A program made the translations under genes and the position numbers. A stretch of DNA of 64,000 nucleotides from Octopus vulgaris (taxonomy: Eukaryota): positions 62,868,001-62,932,000 of the forward strand of contig OX597827.1 in NCBI GenBank assembly GCA_951406725.2, read 5' to 3'. The notes under the pieces were generated by a model, which saw nothing but the letters and a program-made list of their open reading frames with translations, ran no database searches and was not told the origin of the DNA. Shown here one piece after another: positions 11,850 through 27,127 of this stretch (within the stretch, counting starts at the first letter, position 1; each line of letters begins with the position of its first letter).

Positions 11850-12343
11850 AATTTTTTTTTCTTCTTTCAAATTTGCTTCCATTTCTTGCCGAGTGTCCTC
11901 CCGACTCCTAGGGCAAAGAAACTCATAGTATACATTGGTTGGCCATTAAACTAAACTCAATAGTTCGTTCATTTTTTTTTTAAGTTAAATTAAAATACAT
12001 GAGCAGCAACAGTTCTCACATCGACAATGCTCTTCTCAATACGTGTGATGTACCAGTTAAGACAATCTTTTGCACTTCTTGCAGGGATGGTAAGCCAGGG
12101 ATCATTGTCATATAATTTTCGGTTCCCTTCTTGATCATTCCTAGTGCTCCTACGATCACTGGTATTGTAACCGCCTTGAGATGCCACATTTTCTCAATTT
12201 CAATGAGCGGGTCTTTATATTTTCTGAGCTTGTCAAACTCTTTCGCCGAGATATTATGATCACAGGGGATGCTCATATCGATCAATAATCAAACTTTATT
12301 GTTTTGGTCTTTCACAACAATATCTGGTTTATTGGCTTTGATG

Positions 12344-12345
<2 letters not shown>
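11850..12345 (-). pseudogene. Dong/R4-clade non-LTR retrotransposon 3' end (restriction-like endonuclease domain and 3' UTR)
   Basis: IKANKPDIVVKD...LIDMSIPCDHNISAKEFDKLRKYKD..EIEKMW...IPVIVGALG...LRRAL. PD..D RLE motif; 5'-truncated into (AAT)n. Confidence 0.9.

Positions 12346-12441
<96 letters not shown>
12344..12441. repeat. (TTA)n microsatellite
   Basis: Pure trinucleotide run. Confidence 0.97.
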
Positions 12442-12442
<1 letters not shown>

Positions 12443-12819
12443 TTAAAAGGATTGACGTAACTCCTCACAAAGGTAAACAGACAAGTCGAAGAGCGCGATA
12501 CGATTGCAATAGATATTTTATTAGTTACGATATTTCGTCAGCAAGCCTGTCTTTGTCGAATTCGAAATAAAAATTGATAAAAATTCGAAATTATAGAAAT
12601 TCAAATCTAAAGTATGAACGAGAGCAACCTGTATCCATACGTTAATGGAATGACAGCATTAGTCTTTAAGTTTCAACTGGAGAACAGAAAAAAGAGTGGC
12701 AAAAAAGACAAAAAATGAGAGAAAAAAATGAGGAAAGTAAAATGGAGAATATTTAATTAAACAGTTTTGTGTAAATTTAATGATATTCTCCTGTCGCCTT
12801 ATTCATTCCTGCAGGTAAT

Positions 12820-13300
12820 TAATAAGGCCGAATACAAGATTTTACGGTCAGTAAGAAGAACACCTGTATTTTATGATCTCCCTAAAGTGCACAAAAAGTT
12901 CGAAAGATTTCCACCAATGCACCCAATTTGCAGCGAATATGATTTCGGAAAGGGTGGATGACCTTCTACTCCGTGTCACAAAAAGATCCGTTCCTATATT
13001 CAGGATACTTTTGATTTTGTGTCTAAAATCAACAACATTTTTAAGCACCGAAGCCATGTCGAAAACTGTTCTTGGTAACGATGGTTGTGCCTTCCTTATA
13101 TCCTAATATTGACCATGATGGAGGGGTAGAAGCGTGCATGAATGCCTTCCAAAAACGGTCAAATTTTCTCTTTAGTTAAATGAGGTTTGTATTACAAAGG
13201 AACAATGAAGTTTAGACAAAGATTTTACCACCAGACGAGGGGTTGCGCAATGAGTATCCCCATGGTAGTTAATTTCACTAATGTCTTTCATGAGGAAATT
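12820..13300 (+). pseudogene. Penelope-like element reverse transcriptase fragment
   Basis: RTPVFYDLPKVHK...PPMHPICS, SYIQDTFDF, LVTMVVPSLYPNIDHDGGVEAC, FYHQTRGCAMSIP...N. These match the PLE RT motifs FYxLPKxHK, PxRPI, DVxSLYxNI and QxxGxAMG; frameshifted. Confidence 0.85.
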
Positions 13301-13347
13301 CGAGACAGAGTATGTGTGTGTATGTCTGAGTGTGTGTGCCTCTGTAT

Positions 13348-13392
<45 letters not shown>

Positions 13393-13575
13393 TGTGTGTG
13401 AAAAGTACATTTTCAGAATAGAAATGGCGGTTTAGAATCGCACACCGTTATGCAAGTCCCACGTATTTTATGATAATTTATCCGCGGATCGAGCTTGAGA
13501 ACTTCCTATTTCTATATTTCCTCTTTCAATAATTACACACACACACACAAACATGCGCGCACGCATACACATATT

Positions 13576-13613
<38 letters not shown>

Positions 13614-13841
13614 CGCATAATGTATGCGCATACGCTGGGGTGTATATTTTTGTCCACGTGCACTTCTCTCATTATACGTCTCAATAAACTTGATAGATAC
13701 ATTAGTACGTTCGCAATATCTCCTAAATATATACGTACACACATGTATATATATATACACATATACATATATATATATATATGTATACATACATACACAT
13801 ATATATATATACATATAAGTGTGTATATATATATATGTATA

Positions 13842-13881
<40 letters not shown>

Positions 13882-13902
13882 TATATGTATATATATATAT
13901 AC

Positions 13903-13966
<64 letters not shown>

Positions 13967-14656
13967 CTTAACTGGTATACATGTACACGTGTACATGTGT
14001 GTGTTTGTGTGTGAGCATATGTAAGGAGGTGTGCAGCACGTTGGTGCTTTGGGCTGCAAGCTCCATAATTAGTCGCCTTATTCCAACATGGACATTCCTC
14101 CATACCCAATTTCTTACTTGAAAACGAAAAAAAAAAAAAAAAAAATGAAGGAAACAAAAAGAAGAAAATAGTTAAATGCAACGAAAATATAAAAAACAAA
14201 GTAAAAACAAATACTATTAAAAAAGATTACAAAAATAAATGAATAAAGCGAAAAAAAAAACAACAGCAAGAAAACAAAACATAAATAACCAAAAAAAAAA
14301 AGAAAAAAGATGTTGTTCATTCCAAGCATCGTCTTCCTTTTATGGTATTTCTTGGAGAGCGAATATCGCCTTCAGCTGGGTTTGACCCCGAAAATCGATA
14401 GTCGCATCTGCATGCAGTCTTAAATACTTAGTGTCACCTTCCTATATACGTCTCTTCCTCGAGCTGCCTCTCCACCGCCTCCATCACAACCACCGCCACC
14501 ACCACAACCACCACCACCACCACCAGTAGCACTATCGCCACAATCACCACCACCATTAACATCGGCGCTACCTCCGCCACCAATTGGTTTCTTATTCTCA
14601 TCAACCTCTTCCTCCTACTCATCATCACCGCCTCCTTGCGCTCGAATTTTCCAGAC

Positions 14657-14707
14657 TCTTATTCCTCTTCTCTCCCTTACTCACTAATACATACATACAT
14701 ACATACA

Positions 14708-14741
<34 letters not shown>

Positions 14742-14765
14742 CATATATACATATATATATGTGTG

Positions 14766-14806
<41 letters not shown>

Positions 14807-14840
14807 CTTATTCCTCTTCTCTCCCTTACTCACTAATATA
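14657..14840. repeat. ~32 bp direct repeat flanking a microsatellite block
   Basis: TCTTATTCCTCTTCTCTCCCTTACTCACTAATA at ~14657 and ~14806. Confidence 0.9.
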
Positions 14841-14851
14841 TATATATATAA

Positions 14852-14938
<87 letters not shown>

Positions 14939-15426
14939 TGTGTGTGTGTGTGTGTATGCATATGTATGAATATATATGAATGTAAATATATATACATATA
15001 TTTATAAACATACGTATACAGACATAAGTTATATATATATATATATATATATATACAGACACATAGATTATACATACATATATATGTATATGTGTATATC
15101 TATATATATTAATATATATATATCTATATGTATGCCCGTATGTCTGAATGCATGTACGTACTTACGTACGTATGCAGGTACGTATATACGTATGCATGTA
15201 TGTATGTATGTATGTATGTATGTATGTATGTATGTATGTATGTATGTATGTATGAATGTACGTATGTATCAACCAATTACACCTTCCTCTGCAGCTTCTT
15301 CAGCATCTACCGCCGCCTCCTTCGCATGTCTCTTCCTCTATTTCTCTTCTTAATCATTCTGTTTCTTCCTAGTTTTTATTCAACTTTGAGATCTTACTGT
15401 GTTTCGGCTTAAAATCTTCCACTCCA

Positions 15427-15467
<41 letters not shown>

Positions 15468-15703
15468 CCCCTCTCTTTCTCACTCTGTTAATTTATATCT
15501 CACTCTCTCCCTTTTTTTCTTTTTCCGTTTTTACACCAATAGGTGTATTTTGTACCTGAATTTTATATTCACGCACCCTCAATCACTTTTTCACATATAT
15601 TTGTACTCTCTACTCTCTCTGTCCCCCACTAAACTCCCTCTTCTTCTCTTGCTCTCTCTTTAACGATATACACGTAGTACTATATAAATATGCATAAACA
15701 TAC

Positions 15704-15739
<36 letters not shown>

Positions 15740-15849
15740 GTGGATATTTACATTTTTATGTGAGTATATGCATATATACAAAATATATATTAGAGTTGAA
15801 GTATGCGTAACTATGGGTATACTGTCAGACAGACAATAGATACATAAAT

Positions 15850-15881
<32 letters not shown>

Positions 15882-15968
15882 ATTTACACACACCCGCAGA
15901 CACGCACATATATGTACATAAATATTCATATACTTATATGGATGTGTGCATGTCTGTGTGTATGCATG

Positions 15969-16028
<60 letters not shown>

Positions 16029-16267
16029 TACCGACATACATATGCATGAATATTTACAAGTGTTTGTATGTGTGCATGAGTGTGTATGTATCTTACCACA
16101 TATACATATACATGCAAAAATGTAATATATCTCTGTGTATATGCATGGACATATATATATATATATATATACACATATGAAAATACTTATGTAAATATGT
16201 CATAAGTTTGCGTGTCTATGTGTCTCTGTTTTTATTCCCCTGTTTCTGTGAATGCAAGATGTATATA

Positions 16268-16320
<53 letters not shown>

Positions 16321-16956
16321 GTGTTTGTGTGTGTGTGTGTATACATCTATCTTGTGTGTCTCAATCATTCACCATTACTCAATATTTATGTCATCACTCT
16401 TTATCCCTTGCTCCACCATCTTCAGTTTATATGCATCTATCTCTCTCTCTCTCTGTAGATCACTCTCTCTCTCTCTATATATATATATACACATACAAAT
16501 GTGTATGTATATGTATACGTATATATGTATATATGTACACACGCACACATACATATGTGTATGTGTGCATATATGTATACATGTATGTATGTAATTTTAT
16601 AACTTAGTTTATAGCTATTTCTCTCAAAGTCTGTCAAATGTCCCCTGTTTGTGTCTCATCCTTTTCCTTCTCTCACCGGTTTCTTTTTATATTCATTACT
16701 ATTTATCTGTCTGCATGCCTGACTGCGTGCCTAAATCGTCATCTCGCTCTCTCTGTGTCTCTGTCCAACTCGCAAATTTTGTCACTTTCTTTTTGGAGAC
16801 ATATTTTTTCATTTCTCTTTCGTATGGCGTACTTGTGTAATATCTTTAAAAACTGTCAACCGTATGTGGTTCGTATTCTTCGTTTTCTGTTTCTTTTACG
16901 TTTCCATCTTTTTCCCTATCTAAACTGCTGTATAATTTCTTTATGCCTTCTCTCTC

Positions 16957-17003
<47 letters not shown>

Positions 17004-17067
17004 ATGTGCACGCAAGCAAACTTGCACATATATACGCACTTATACACACACATGTGACTGCGTATAT

Positions 17068-17101
<34 letters not shown>

Positions 17102-17131
17102 ATGTACATACATATATATATATGTACATAC

Positions 17132-17187
<56 letters not shown>

Positions 17188-17210
17188 CATATATATATGT
17201 ACATACATAT

Positions 17211-17244
<34 letters not shown>

Positions 17245-17247
17245 ATG

Positions 17248-17297
<50 letters not shown>

Positions 17298-17349
17298 TAT
17301 ATACATATATATATACATACATATATGTATACACACACACACACACACG

Positions 17350-17410
<61 letters not shown>

Positions 17411-17978
17411 TGTAAATCCTTCGTGGATTTCCTCGCATGGCAGTGATGCAATTGCACAACAATCCGCTCAATGCTAATGTCCACAACGGGTCTGCTAAAC
17501 TGCCTGAGGTTTGGTGTTCAACAGTAATAACATGTGAACTGGAATATTGGACAACCCATAGAGCGATATGATTAGAGTGGCAAAGGTTTGTCTACAGCCA
17601 TTACCACTCTTTTTTTTTTTTTTTTTGGTCTTGCTTCGTACATCATATCGGTGTGAGGAATGAAAATAGTTGAACGAAGAATGAGAACGACACAACTCAG
17701 GAATTTCCTGAAAGGGTTCGTGATCTCCCAGAGAGAACGTGAACCAAAAGTGGAGTGCACTTACATGTCATGTCTGTAAGGGGAGATAATGTGCGCCAGA
17801 TATCAACTTGGTACTAGAAACTTATTGAAAGTTAAGCAACTCGTGCGCACACCCAGACATACGCGTACGTACATGTGTAGATACAAAGTAGATACTTAAA
17901 AGAATATACGCGTGTGAGTGTGTAAATATATGTATGCATATATACGTATAGACGCACACAACGCACGACACGTATGAT

Positions 17979-18011
<33 letters not shown>

Positions 18012-18072
18012 ACACACACAAACACACACACACACACATATATATATATACATATATACATATATACACATA

Positions 18073-18431
18073 CTCTTTACTCTTTTACACTTTTACTTGT
18101 TTCAGTCATTTGACTTATTCTTTGTAAGCCTAGTACTTATTTTTTCGGTCACTTTTGCCGAACGGCTAAGTTACGGGGACGTAAACACACCAGCATCATT
18201 GTCAAGAGATGTTGGAGGGGCGACAAACAAAGACGCACAAACATACACACACACATACATACACACATATGTATATAAATATATTCTTTTAATCTTTATT
18301 TGTTACAGCCATTTGACTGCGACCATGCAAGTGCACCATCTTTAGTCGAAAAAATCGACTTCAGGACTTATCCTTTGTAAGGCTGGTACTTATTCTATCG
18401 GTTTTATATATATATAAGTGTCTTATATATA

Positions 18432-18486
<55 letters not shown>

Positions 18487-18720
18487 ATGTGTGTGTGTGT
18501 GTGTGTATAGGTTTGTGTATCTATGTTTGTCCCCGAACATCGCTTGACAACCGATGCTGGTGCGTTTACGTCCCCATAACTTAGCAGTTCGGCAAAAGAG
18601 ACCGATAGAATAAGTACTAGGCTTACAAAGAATATGTCCTGGGATCGATTTGCTCGACTAAAAGGCGGTGCTCCAGCATGGCCGCAGTCAAATGACAGAA
18701 AGAAGTAAAAGAATAAAAAG
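18073..18720. mobile_element. Cluster of SINE family A 3' halves (two - copies at ~18073-18245 and ~18290-18403; one + copy at ~18520-18720)
   Basis: Shared body GTTTACGTCCCCGTAACTTAGCGGTTCGGCAAAAGAGACCGATAGAATAAGTACTAGGCTTACAAAG...GCTCCAGCATGGCCGCAGTCAAATGAC. Confidence 0.85.
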
Positions 18721-19113
18721 AGAGAGAGAGTAATAATCCACTCTCATATTCACACACTTAATGCAGTGGTACTTCATTTTTTGTATACCTTGTAAAAGAA
18801 GTCAGAATTTTCGGGCTACAAAGAGGCCTTCCGTGGTATCATTAAATGCAGGCACTTCTCAGCCCCCACTCGTATATATAAATATATATTATACCCCAAT
18901 TTTCGGTAGCTATCTTGGATTATTTCTTGTACCACTCTATCCGGTAATCTATAGCCTATAGAGGCCTATGAAATTTTATTTTGCATGGAGCCGTATCAAT
19001 TTGATTTCAATAATACATGCAAGTCCTATTAAATATATTGATTGCCATTTTTTCTTTTGTTAGTCAAGTCATTCTGGAATATATATATATATATATACAT
19101 GCATACATATGTA

Positions 19114-19239
<126 letters not shown>

Positions 19240-19275
19240 CATACATATATATATACATACATATATATACATATA

Positions 19276-19330
<55 letters not shown>

Positions 19331-19332
19331 AT

Positions 19333-19422
<90 letters not shown>

Positions 19423-20590
19423 CTGTTGGGAAATTTTGTTTTGGGGTTTGAAAATGCATGTGAATCTGAAAAACGTGTAATCGTTCTTAAATATATTTAT
19501 TCGCAGACAAAACTAGTTTCGACAATTCTTTCGAGCATATTCTTGGTTTCCTGCTTTAAAATTCATTTTTTTTTTAATGTATATCGGTAAATAATTCCAT
19601 CAACCTTTCTCCAAATATTGTTTTTCACAATTATTGCTGATGACCTCGTCTATTAAACATTGTAGACGTGTCAAATATCTATGATGTTCTACCAAATTTT
19701 AATATCTCGTGACTTGAATCTCGCTAGTATATTTAATCTGAACATATTCAATTCTTCCGTTACTTCGTTCCGGCGTAAGTACGTGATTGATTGTACAGTT
19801 TGTCTTAGCAGATTATTCGCAAAAACAAGCTTCGTGTCATGAAATCATTTGTGTTTATTTGGATAAATTTATGCCTCAAACGATTCTTGGCCAGTTAGAC
19901 TACACTCGCACTCATAGACTTAACGACACTCACACTACATATTTACACGCACACACACACAATTATATACATATGCTTACATACAACATATTTATACTTA
20001 TAAATCCACACACACAATTATATAAATACTTATATATATGCAAAATTAAAAGGACTGACCACTAACAAGGCTTTGAGTTTCATTTTTACATTTTGGCCTT
20101 TTGCTGAAATTTTTTTCTTCAGAACACATCCTTCGTGGTAATGGCGATTTGACGTCTATGTTTAGCATATAGTGTGTCAACTTTAGTTGTCATTCCTCTT
20201 AATTTTGCAACACAATTTTTAATCTTCGGATTTTTAAATATGCTAGACCACTGGTTTTACGTAACATCAAATTCTAGCCTTATTATTTAATTTTAAATTA
20301 CTTATATATATATATAAGTAAAATTGCATAATTCATTAACAGTGAAACAATCGTATAGGGTTAATCTATATTTTTGTTATTTTTCATTTGGCCTGCCCGC
20401 TTACGTTCATGGTGTGCTAATTTTTTTCTTTTAGTGGCTAGAGTAAGGGAGTTCACTTTTAGTGGATTCCCGCTCATATATATATTAATAATATTTACTA
20501 AATTTCTGTTTTTTATGCGCTAAACCATTGGTGTTAAACTGATATTATTAAATTAATATACAATTTTTCACCCTCATTTTGATTTTAATT

Positions 20591-20631
<41 letters not shown>

Positions 20632-21206
20632 GCTTATATATGTACATATATACATACACACACATATACATACTTACATACATACATACATACACACATA
20701 CATACACGTAATTCTCGCATATAGTTGTCATTATGAGAGCAAAGTCGACCTCGATGGCACTAGAACTCTGATCTGAATAGGCTTAAGAAATACAGCTAAG
20801 CATTTTGTTCCACGCGCTAACCACACCACAAGCTCACTGCAGAGTAATAATAATAATGGTTACAATTTTTGGAAGAAGGCCAGCAACTTTAAGGCAAGGA
20901 GAAGGCGATTATAAAGACCTCAATGTGTTACCGGTACTTATTTTATCAATACCGGTACTTATGTAATCATCTATTCATGTTATACGCGCACAAGCAGAGG
21001 AACTACAAGAATGTAAATAATCTACACATGTATCAATAGCCTAAATGTATCTAAGGTATTCAGTAAAGGAGTGAAAGTGGCCCGTGATGCTTATGGAAGC
21101 AAAGCCTATTTTGTTGAACATAAAAATATAAATCATATAAAGTTTATCATATAAATTGATAAAGATTTATAAGCGGGAGCATTGATTGTTATTTGGCGAG
21201 TTATAT

Positions 21207-21605
21207 AGGCGCATGAATGGCTGTGTGGTAAGTAGCTTGCTAACTAACCACATGGTTCTGGGTTCAGTCCCACTGCGTGGCATCTTGGGCAAATGTCTTC
21301 TGCTATAGCCTTGTGAGTGGATTTGGTAGATGGAAACTGAAAGAAGCCTGTCGTATATATGCATATATATATGTATGTGTGTGTGTGTTTGTATGTCTGT
21401 GTTTTTACCCCTAGCATTGCTTAACAACCGATGCTGGTGTGTTTACGTCCCCGTCACTTAGCGGTTCGGCAAAAGAGATCCGATAGAATAAGTACTGGGC
21501 TTACAAAGAATAAGTCCCGGGGTCGATTTGCTCGACTAAAGGCGGTGCTCCAGCATGGCCGCAGTCAAATAACTGAAACAAGTAAAAGAGTAAAAGAGTA
21601 AAGAG
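21207..21605 (+). mobile_element. SINE family A, near full length (tRNA-like head, internal (TA/TG)n, (GAGTAAAA)n tail)
   Basis: A-box-like TGGCTGTGTGG, B-box-like GGTTCAGTCC, TTGGGCAAATGTCTTC core, and the shared 3' body. Confidence 0.85.
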
Positions 21606-21625
21606 TATATATATATATATATATA

Positions 21626-22450
21626 TTGTTGGCATCCTTTTTGTCTCGGGAGACAATGGAGTTGCGCATAAAATAGTCCAGTCCGGCTTTTACATTTCAT
21701 GTCCTGATACATTTCCTGTTGTGGCTGTGTAGTCCTATCCTGGACAAACACTCCCTCTGGCAGGTACCGCAAATGTAGCGAAGACTGTTCCTGGCTGGTT
21801 GTAGTGTCATAGTTTCTTGTTGACGTCTTTTCTTGTCTTTCCATTTCTCCTCTCTCTATCTGTCACTCCTTGGTATTCCCTCTTTTACGGTACGTCGCAA
21901 ATCTCCACGGTTGCTGGCAATTGCTTCCCACCTGCTAATATTGATGTTACAGGCCTTCATGTCCCTTTTGCAAACATCCTTGTAACGTAAGAAGGGTCTA
22001 CCCACAGACCTAGTACCCCTAGCAAGCTCTCCGTAGAGTATGTCCTTGGGGATTCTGCCATCTTTCATACGGCTAACATGCCCAAGCCATCTCATACGTC
22101 TTAGTGTGAGGAGTGCAAACATGCTTGGCATTCCTGCTTGCTTGAGGACATGATTCTGCCATTTGATGCGGAAGATTTTCCGGAGGCAGCGCAGGTGAAA
22201 GATGTTTAGGCGACGCTCTTGGCGTGTGTATAGCGTTCAAGTCTCACTTCCATACAGTAGAGTGCTAAGTATACATGCCTGGTAGATCTTCATTTTCGTG
22301 GTCTTGGTCAACTTATTGTTGTCCCATACCCGTTTGGAGAGTTGGGCCATCGCAGCAGCTGCCTTGCCAATGCGTATATTGAGCTCAGTGTCAAGGGATA
22401 GGTTGTAGGTGACGGTAGAGCCAAGATAGATAAACTTCTCCACCTCCTGT
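21626..22450 (-). pseudogene. RTE-clade LINE 3' end (RT C-terminus/thumb and 3' UTR)
   Basis: EKFIYLGS...RIGKAAAAMAQLSKRVW...YQACILSTLLYGSET...FHLRCLRKI..IKWQ...RRMRWLGHVSRMKDGRIPKDILYGEL..G.R..GRP.LRYKD.CKRDMK. Confidence 0.93.
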
Positions 22451-22455
22451 AATCT

Positions 22456-22486
<31 letters not shown>

Positions 22487-22489
22487 AAA

Positions 22490-23000
22490 TTAAGAATAAT
22501 ATAAATAATTTGAATTATAATATAAGTAATAAATGAGTAGAATATAAATAATTAAAATAATTGAATAAGCGTAATTAAAAGTGTATCAAAATGTATGCAA
22601 TTAAATTTAATATTAATAGTCATCAATTATAGTACAAATAATTAAAAAGTATAATATAAATAGTTAAACATGATAATCTTAATATAAATAAATAAATATA
22701 TAATTAAAAGTATAACATATATAATTAAAATGTACAATTGGAATAATAAAAAAAGTAATATAAACATTTATAAAATATAATACGAATAATTGAAATATAA
22801 TATAAATAATTAAAAATATATTTTAATTAAAAATATAATAATTACAAATATAATATAATAATCAAAGATAAAAATTTTAAAAAATATGGCAATTATAAAG
22901 TATGATACAAATTGTTAAAACAAATTATATAAAATTGATATAGATAATGCAAAGATATAATATAAATAATTTTAATATAAATCGAAAAATGTATATTATT
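22490..23000. repeat. Extremely AT-rich degenerate low-complexity tract
   Basis: Recurrent ATAATTAAAA/TATAATATAAAT-like units; almost no G/C. Confidence 0.7.
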
Positions 23001-23132
23001 AATAAAAGAGCATTCTTTGAAGCAAAACATAAGCTTAAGAAAATCTTATCAACAAAAGAATGCTGAATAAGATGCTGCGAATATCGTGAAGCAGTAACCC
23101 AGGAGAGGTAGGTATTCTCATTAACAAAATCC

Positions 23133-23166
<34 letters not shown>

Positions 23167-23521
23167 TTTTCCTCTATGTTATATTTTATATAAAGCAAAA
23201 GAGTAAAAATAACAATAACAATGTTGAATAAAGTCAGCAATCTTCGAAGGGAGAGGATAAATCGATGACATCAACCCTGTGACATGACTGGTACTTCAGT
23301 TTATCGATCCCCAAAAAGGCATAGTTGATGTCTATGACATTTGAACTTAGAATTCGAAGATACGGAAGAAAGATCGTTTACCGTTTTGTCCGGTAACGAT
23401 TCGGTGCCTTTATCTGTTTTTTCATAACAGTAATATATGATAACAACATCAAGGTATTTATTCTTCATTAGTAGCATTGATATTCTCTCTGTTAATAGTG
23501 GTGTGGTCATGCTGTCACAGA

Positions 23522-23584
<63 letters not shown>

Positions 23585-23603
23585 CATACACACATAGATA
23601 TAC

Positions 23604-23637
<34 letters not shown>

Positions 23638-24227
23638 ATATACAAACACATAGGTATACATATTTATGTATATCTATGTGTATATATATATACATACACA
23701 CATAGATATACATATATACGTGAGTATATGTATATATATATATACACACACATAGATATACATATATATGTGTATATATATACACATATATACATATATA
23801 CATATATACATATATACACACGTATATACATATATACATATATACATATATACACACGTATATATATACACATGCATACACACACAGACATACACATACA
23901 CACTTATACATATATATATATATTGAGAGAGAGAGAGAGGGGGAGTGAGAGGGAGGGAGATGATATACATGCTAATATTTATTTTACCCTCATCTTTAGT
24001 ATTGGTATCACTGTTATCACCATACCAATTACTGATATATTGTTATCATAGACATTGATAGGTTTTTTAAAAAATTGTGTATGCTATGCATATGACCCTT
24101 TTTTTTCAGTGTCTACCGTGTTTACTTACCTTTTTTTACCATATCATTATTATACGTAAACCCCCACACTTTATGTCTGTCCCTGTATTGTCCGCCTCAC
24201 CCTTCGCCCTTCTGGCAAATAAATGGA

Positions 24228-24282
<55 letters not shown>

Positions 24283-24454
24283 ATCATTATTATTATTATT
24301 ATTGTTGTTGTTGTTGTTGTTGTTGTTGTTATTGTTGTTGTTGTTATCCTTATTACTGTTGTTGTTGATGTTATTATGAACATCATTAAAGTTATTGATA
24401 CCAGCTCCTTATATCTCTCACCGAGTATACAAATTAATGATAGATAGTGTAAGA

Positions 24455-25213
24455 AGGTTTCATATTAGCTGCTGAAGACTAAAGCCTATTAACCCGGAAC
24501 TACCAAGCCAATGTGATAAAAAAATGCAGCTGACCCAAAATGCCGATTCTGTAATGATGAGATGGAAACTATAGACCACCTAATCTCAGGGTGTAGAGTC
24601 TTAACACCTGCAGAATATAAAGTAAGTCATGACAATATGTCGGTACTATAAAATCAAAACCGCTGACAAATGGTATAAACACCATCCTGAAGCTGTGACT
24701 GAGGGAGAAAATGTGTCGATTCTATGGGACTTCCCCGTACAGATCGACAAGACTATAAAAGCTAATAAACCGGATATTATTATAAAAGATCAGACAAAAA
24801 GATGTGTTTATTAATTGACATGAGTATTCCTTGCGATCACAATATAGCAGCGAAAGTATTTGACAAGATCAGTAAATAATAGACTTGCTAATAGAAATTG
24901 AAAATATGTGGCATCTCAAGGCGACTACAGTACCAGTGATTGTGGAACCTCTAGGAATGATAAAAAAAACAGGTACCATCCCTACAGGAAGTGCAAAAAA
25001 TCGTGTTAACTGGAACTACTCATGTACTCAGAAGAGCATTATCGCTGTGAAAACAGCATCCATTCATGAATTTATTTATTTATTTATTCATTAAATACAT
25101 ATTTTACCTGTGAATTTGCGTGTGTAATCTGGGAATGCATACAATGAGCTTCTCTGCCCTAGGTGTACGGAAAACACTCGGCGAGAAACGGAAGAAAATT
25201 TGAAAAAAGAAGG
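24455..25213 (+). pseudogene. Dong/R4-clade LINE 3' fragment (CCHC knuckle, RLE, 3' UTR), followed by (AAT)n
   Basis: TRNYQA...KCRFCNDEMETIDHLISGC, ILWDFPVQIDKTIKANKPDIIIKD, DMSIPCDHN, EIENMWHLKATTVPVIV. Confidence 0.92.
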
Positions 25214-25214
25214 A

Positions 25215-25274
<60 letters not shown>

Positions 25275-25289
25275 TGTAATAATATACCA

Positions 25290-25824
25290 ACTCTATGGAA
25301 TAACAGAAAAAAAAAGATGGTATAGGTACACGCCAGAAAAGGTAACAGAAATGAGAAAGCAAGCTTACTTTGAGATATGCCAATACACACAGGTAGAGAA
25401 ATTAATGGCAATTGGCCGCATATAGATTCCAGAGATCATCAAGGTAAAAATACCTTCTAATCGATGTATCAATACTCACAGGTGACAATGTTTTTCTTAA
25501 AGAAATGGAGAAACTTTCAAATTACAAAGATCTGGAAATAGAGGTAACTCGAATGTGGAGTCTAGAAACAGAAACAGTTCCTATCGTTGTAGGTATATAA
25601 AGTAGGATAAAAAATATTCAGACAAATACATAGCAAAAACACAAGAACTAATAGGTCTGTATAACATACAGAAAATAGCACTACTAGGCAAGCGCACACA
25701 TTTTACGTAATACACTTTCAATACACTAAAAATAAGAGCATCACAACAAACTGCAGCACATACCCAAGGTACGCAGGGATTGCGACAGGTAGTGTAGTGA
25801 AAGCACCTGATAAAAATAAGACTA

Positions 25825-25830
<6 letters not shown>
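25290..25830 (+). pseudogene. Second Dong/R4 family 3' fragment (RLE and 3' UTR), followed by (AAT)n
   Basis: PEKVTE, DMPIHT.REI, LIDVSI, KEMEKLSNYKDLEIEVTRMWSLETETVPIVVG, NIQKIALLG. The 3' UTR is shared with 46087-46252 and 61492-61657. Confidence 0.85.
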
Positions 25831-25858
<28 letters not shown>

Positions 25859-26231
25859 TTCTCTTAGAACAGCACCTTCAGATACCTACGCAAGGTAACT
25901 TCTGCTCTTTAACATGTCACCAATAAAAGCAATGGACGATCACCTTTTCTGAGATGAGGCAGAAGATTCATGTTTGGCTTTGACTTTGCTTGAAGCTTAT
26001 ATAATAAGTAAGCATGTTTATTAATCAGAAATATATTATTATGTGTTCATTGTTACAGAATAGTTATTTCCTATACTTGCACCAACGAAGGAAAATAAAT
26101 ATTAAATGAATAATAGAAGTCCATATAAATTCGAATATTATTCATTAATAAGACAGGAAAGAGGATAAATATATTGGAGAAATAAATGAGGCACAGATGA
26201 ACTAACAATTTCCGAGTAAAAACATATACAT

Positions 26232-26332
26232 AGGCGCAGGAGTGTCTGTGTGGGTTCAGTCTCACTGGGTGGCGCCTTGGGCAAGTGTCTTGTGAGTGCA
26301 TTTGGTAGACAGAAACCGAAAGAAGCCCGTCC

Positions 26333-26382
<50 letters not shown>

Positions 26383-26397
26383 AGTGTGTGTGTGTGT

Positions 26398-26435
<38 letters not shown>

Positions 26436-26670
26436 TATGTGTTTGTATATGTTTGTGCGTCTGTGTTTTCCCCCAACGTCGCTTGACAACCGAAGCTGTT
26501 GTGTTTACGTCCCCGTAACTTAGCGGTTCGGCAAAAGAGACCGATAGAATAAGTACTAGGCTTCGAAACAATAAGTCCTGGGGTCGATTTGCTCGACTAA
26601 GGGTGGTACTCCAGCATGGCCGCAGTCTAATGACTGAAACAAGTAAAAGAATAAAAAAAGAGAAAGAGTA
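26232..26670 (+). mobile_element. SINE family A copy with expanded internal microsatellite
   Basis: Head AGGCGCAGGAGTG..., (TA)n(TG)n, shared 3' body. Confidence 0.85.
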
Positions 26671-26689
26671 AATATAAATCATAACTTTT

Positions 26690-27105
26690 ATCTCTTACTT
26701 GTTTCCACCGATGGATTGTGGCCATGATGGAGCAAATATTGAACGGTCTAGTCGAGCAAATCGACTCCTGTACTTCTTTAAATTTTTGCACTTATTTTAT
26801 CAGCCTCTTCGACGAACCGCTAACTTATGTGCTCCTAAAAAAGCCAGCACTGGCTGGCTGTCAAACATAGGTAGTGGGACAAACACAACTACAGACACAC
26901 ATTCATAAATATGTACATTTTTTATACATATATGATGGGCTTCAACCCAGTTTTCGCCTGCCAAGTTTCTTCACACGGCAGCAGTCGACCCGAGGATATA
27001 ATAGAAACTGTTGACCAAGATGTCACGCAGTGGAACTGAACTTGAAACCACATGGTTGATTGGTGGTTACAAAGGGAGTTTGTTAACCACAGTACCATGT
27101 GTGTG
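26690..27105 (-). mobile_element. Diverged SINE family A copy, tail-to-tail with the previous one
   Basis: TGTGGCCATGATGGAGCA, CGAACCGCTAA and CACGCAGTGGAACTGAAC are reverse complements of family A motifs. Confidence 0.7.
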
Positions 27106-27127
27106 CCTGTATAAGATACATCAGACG

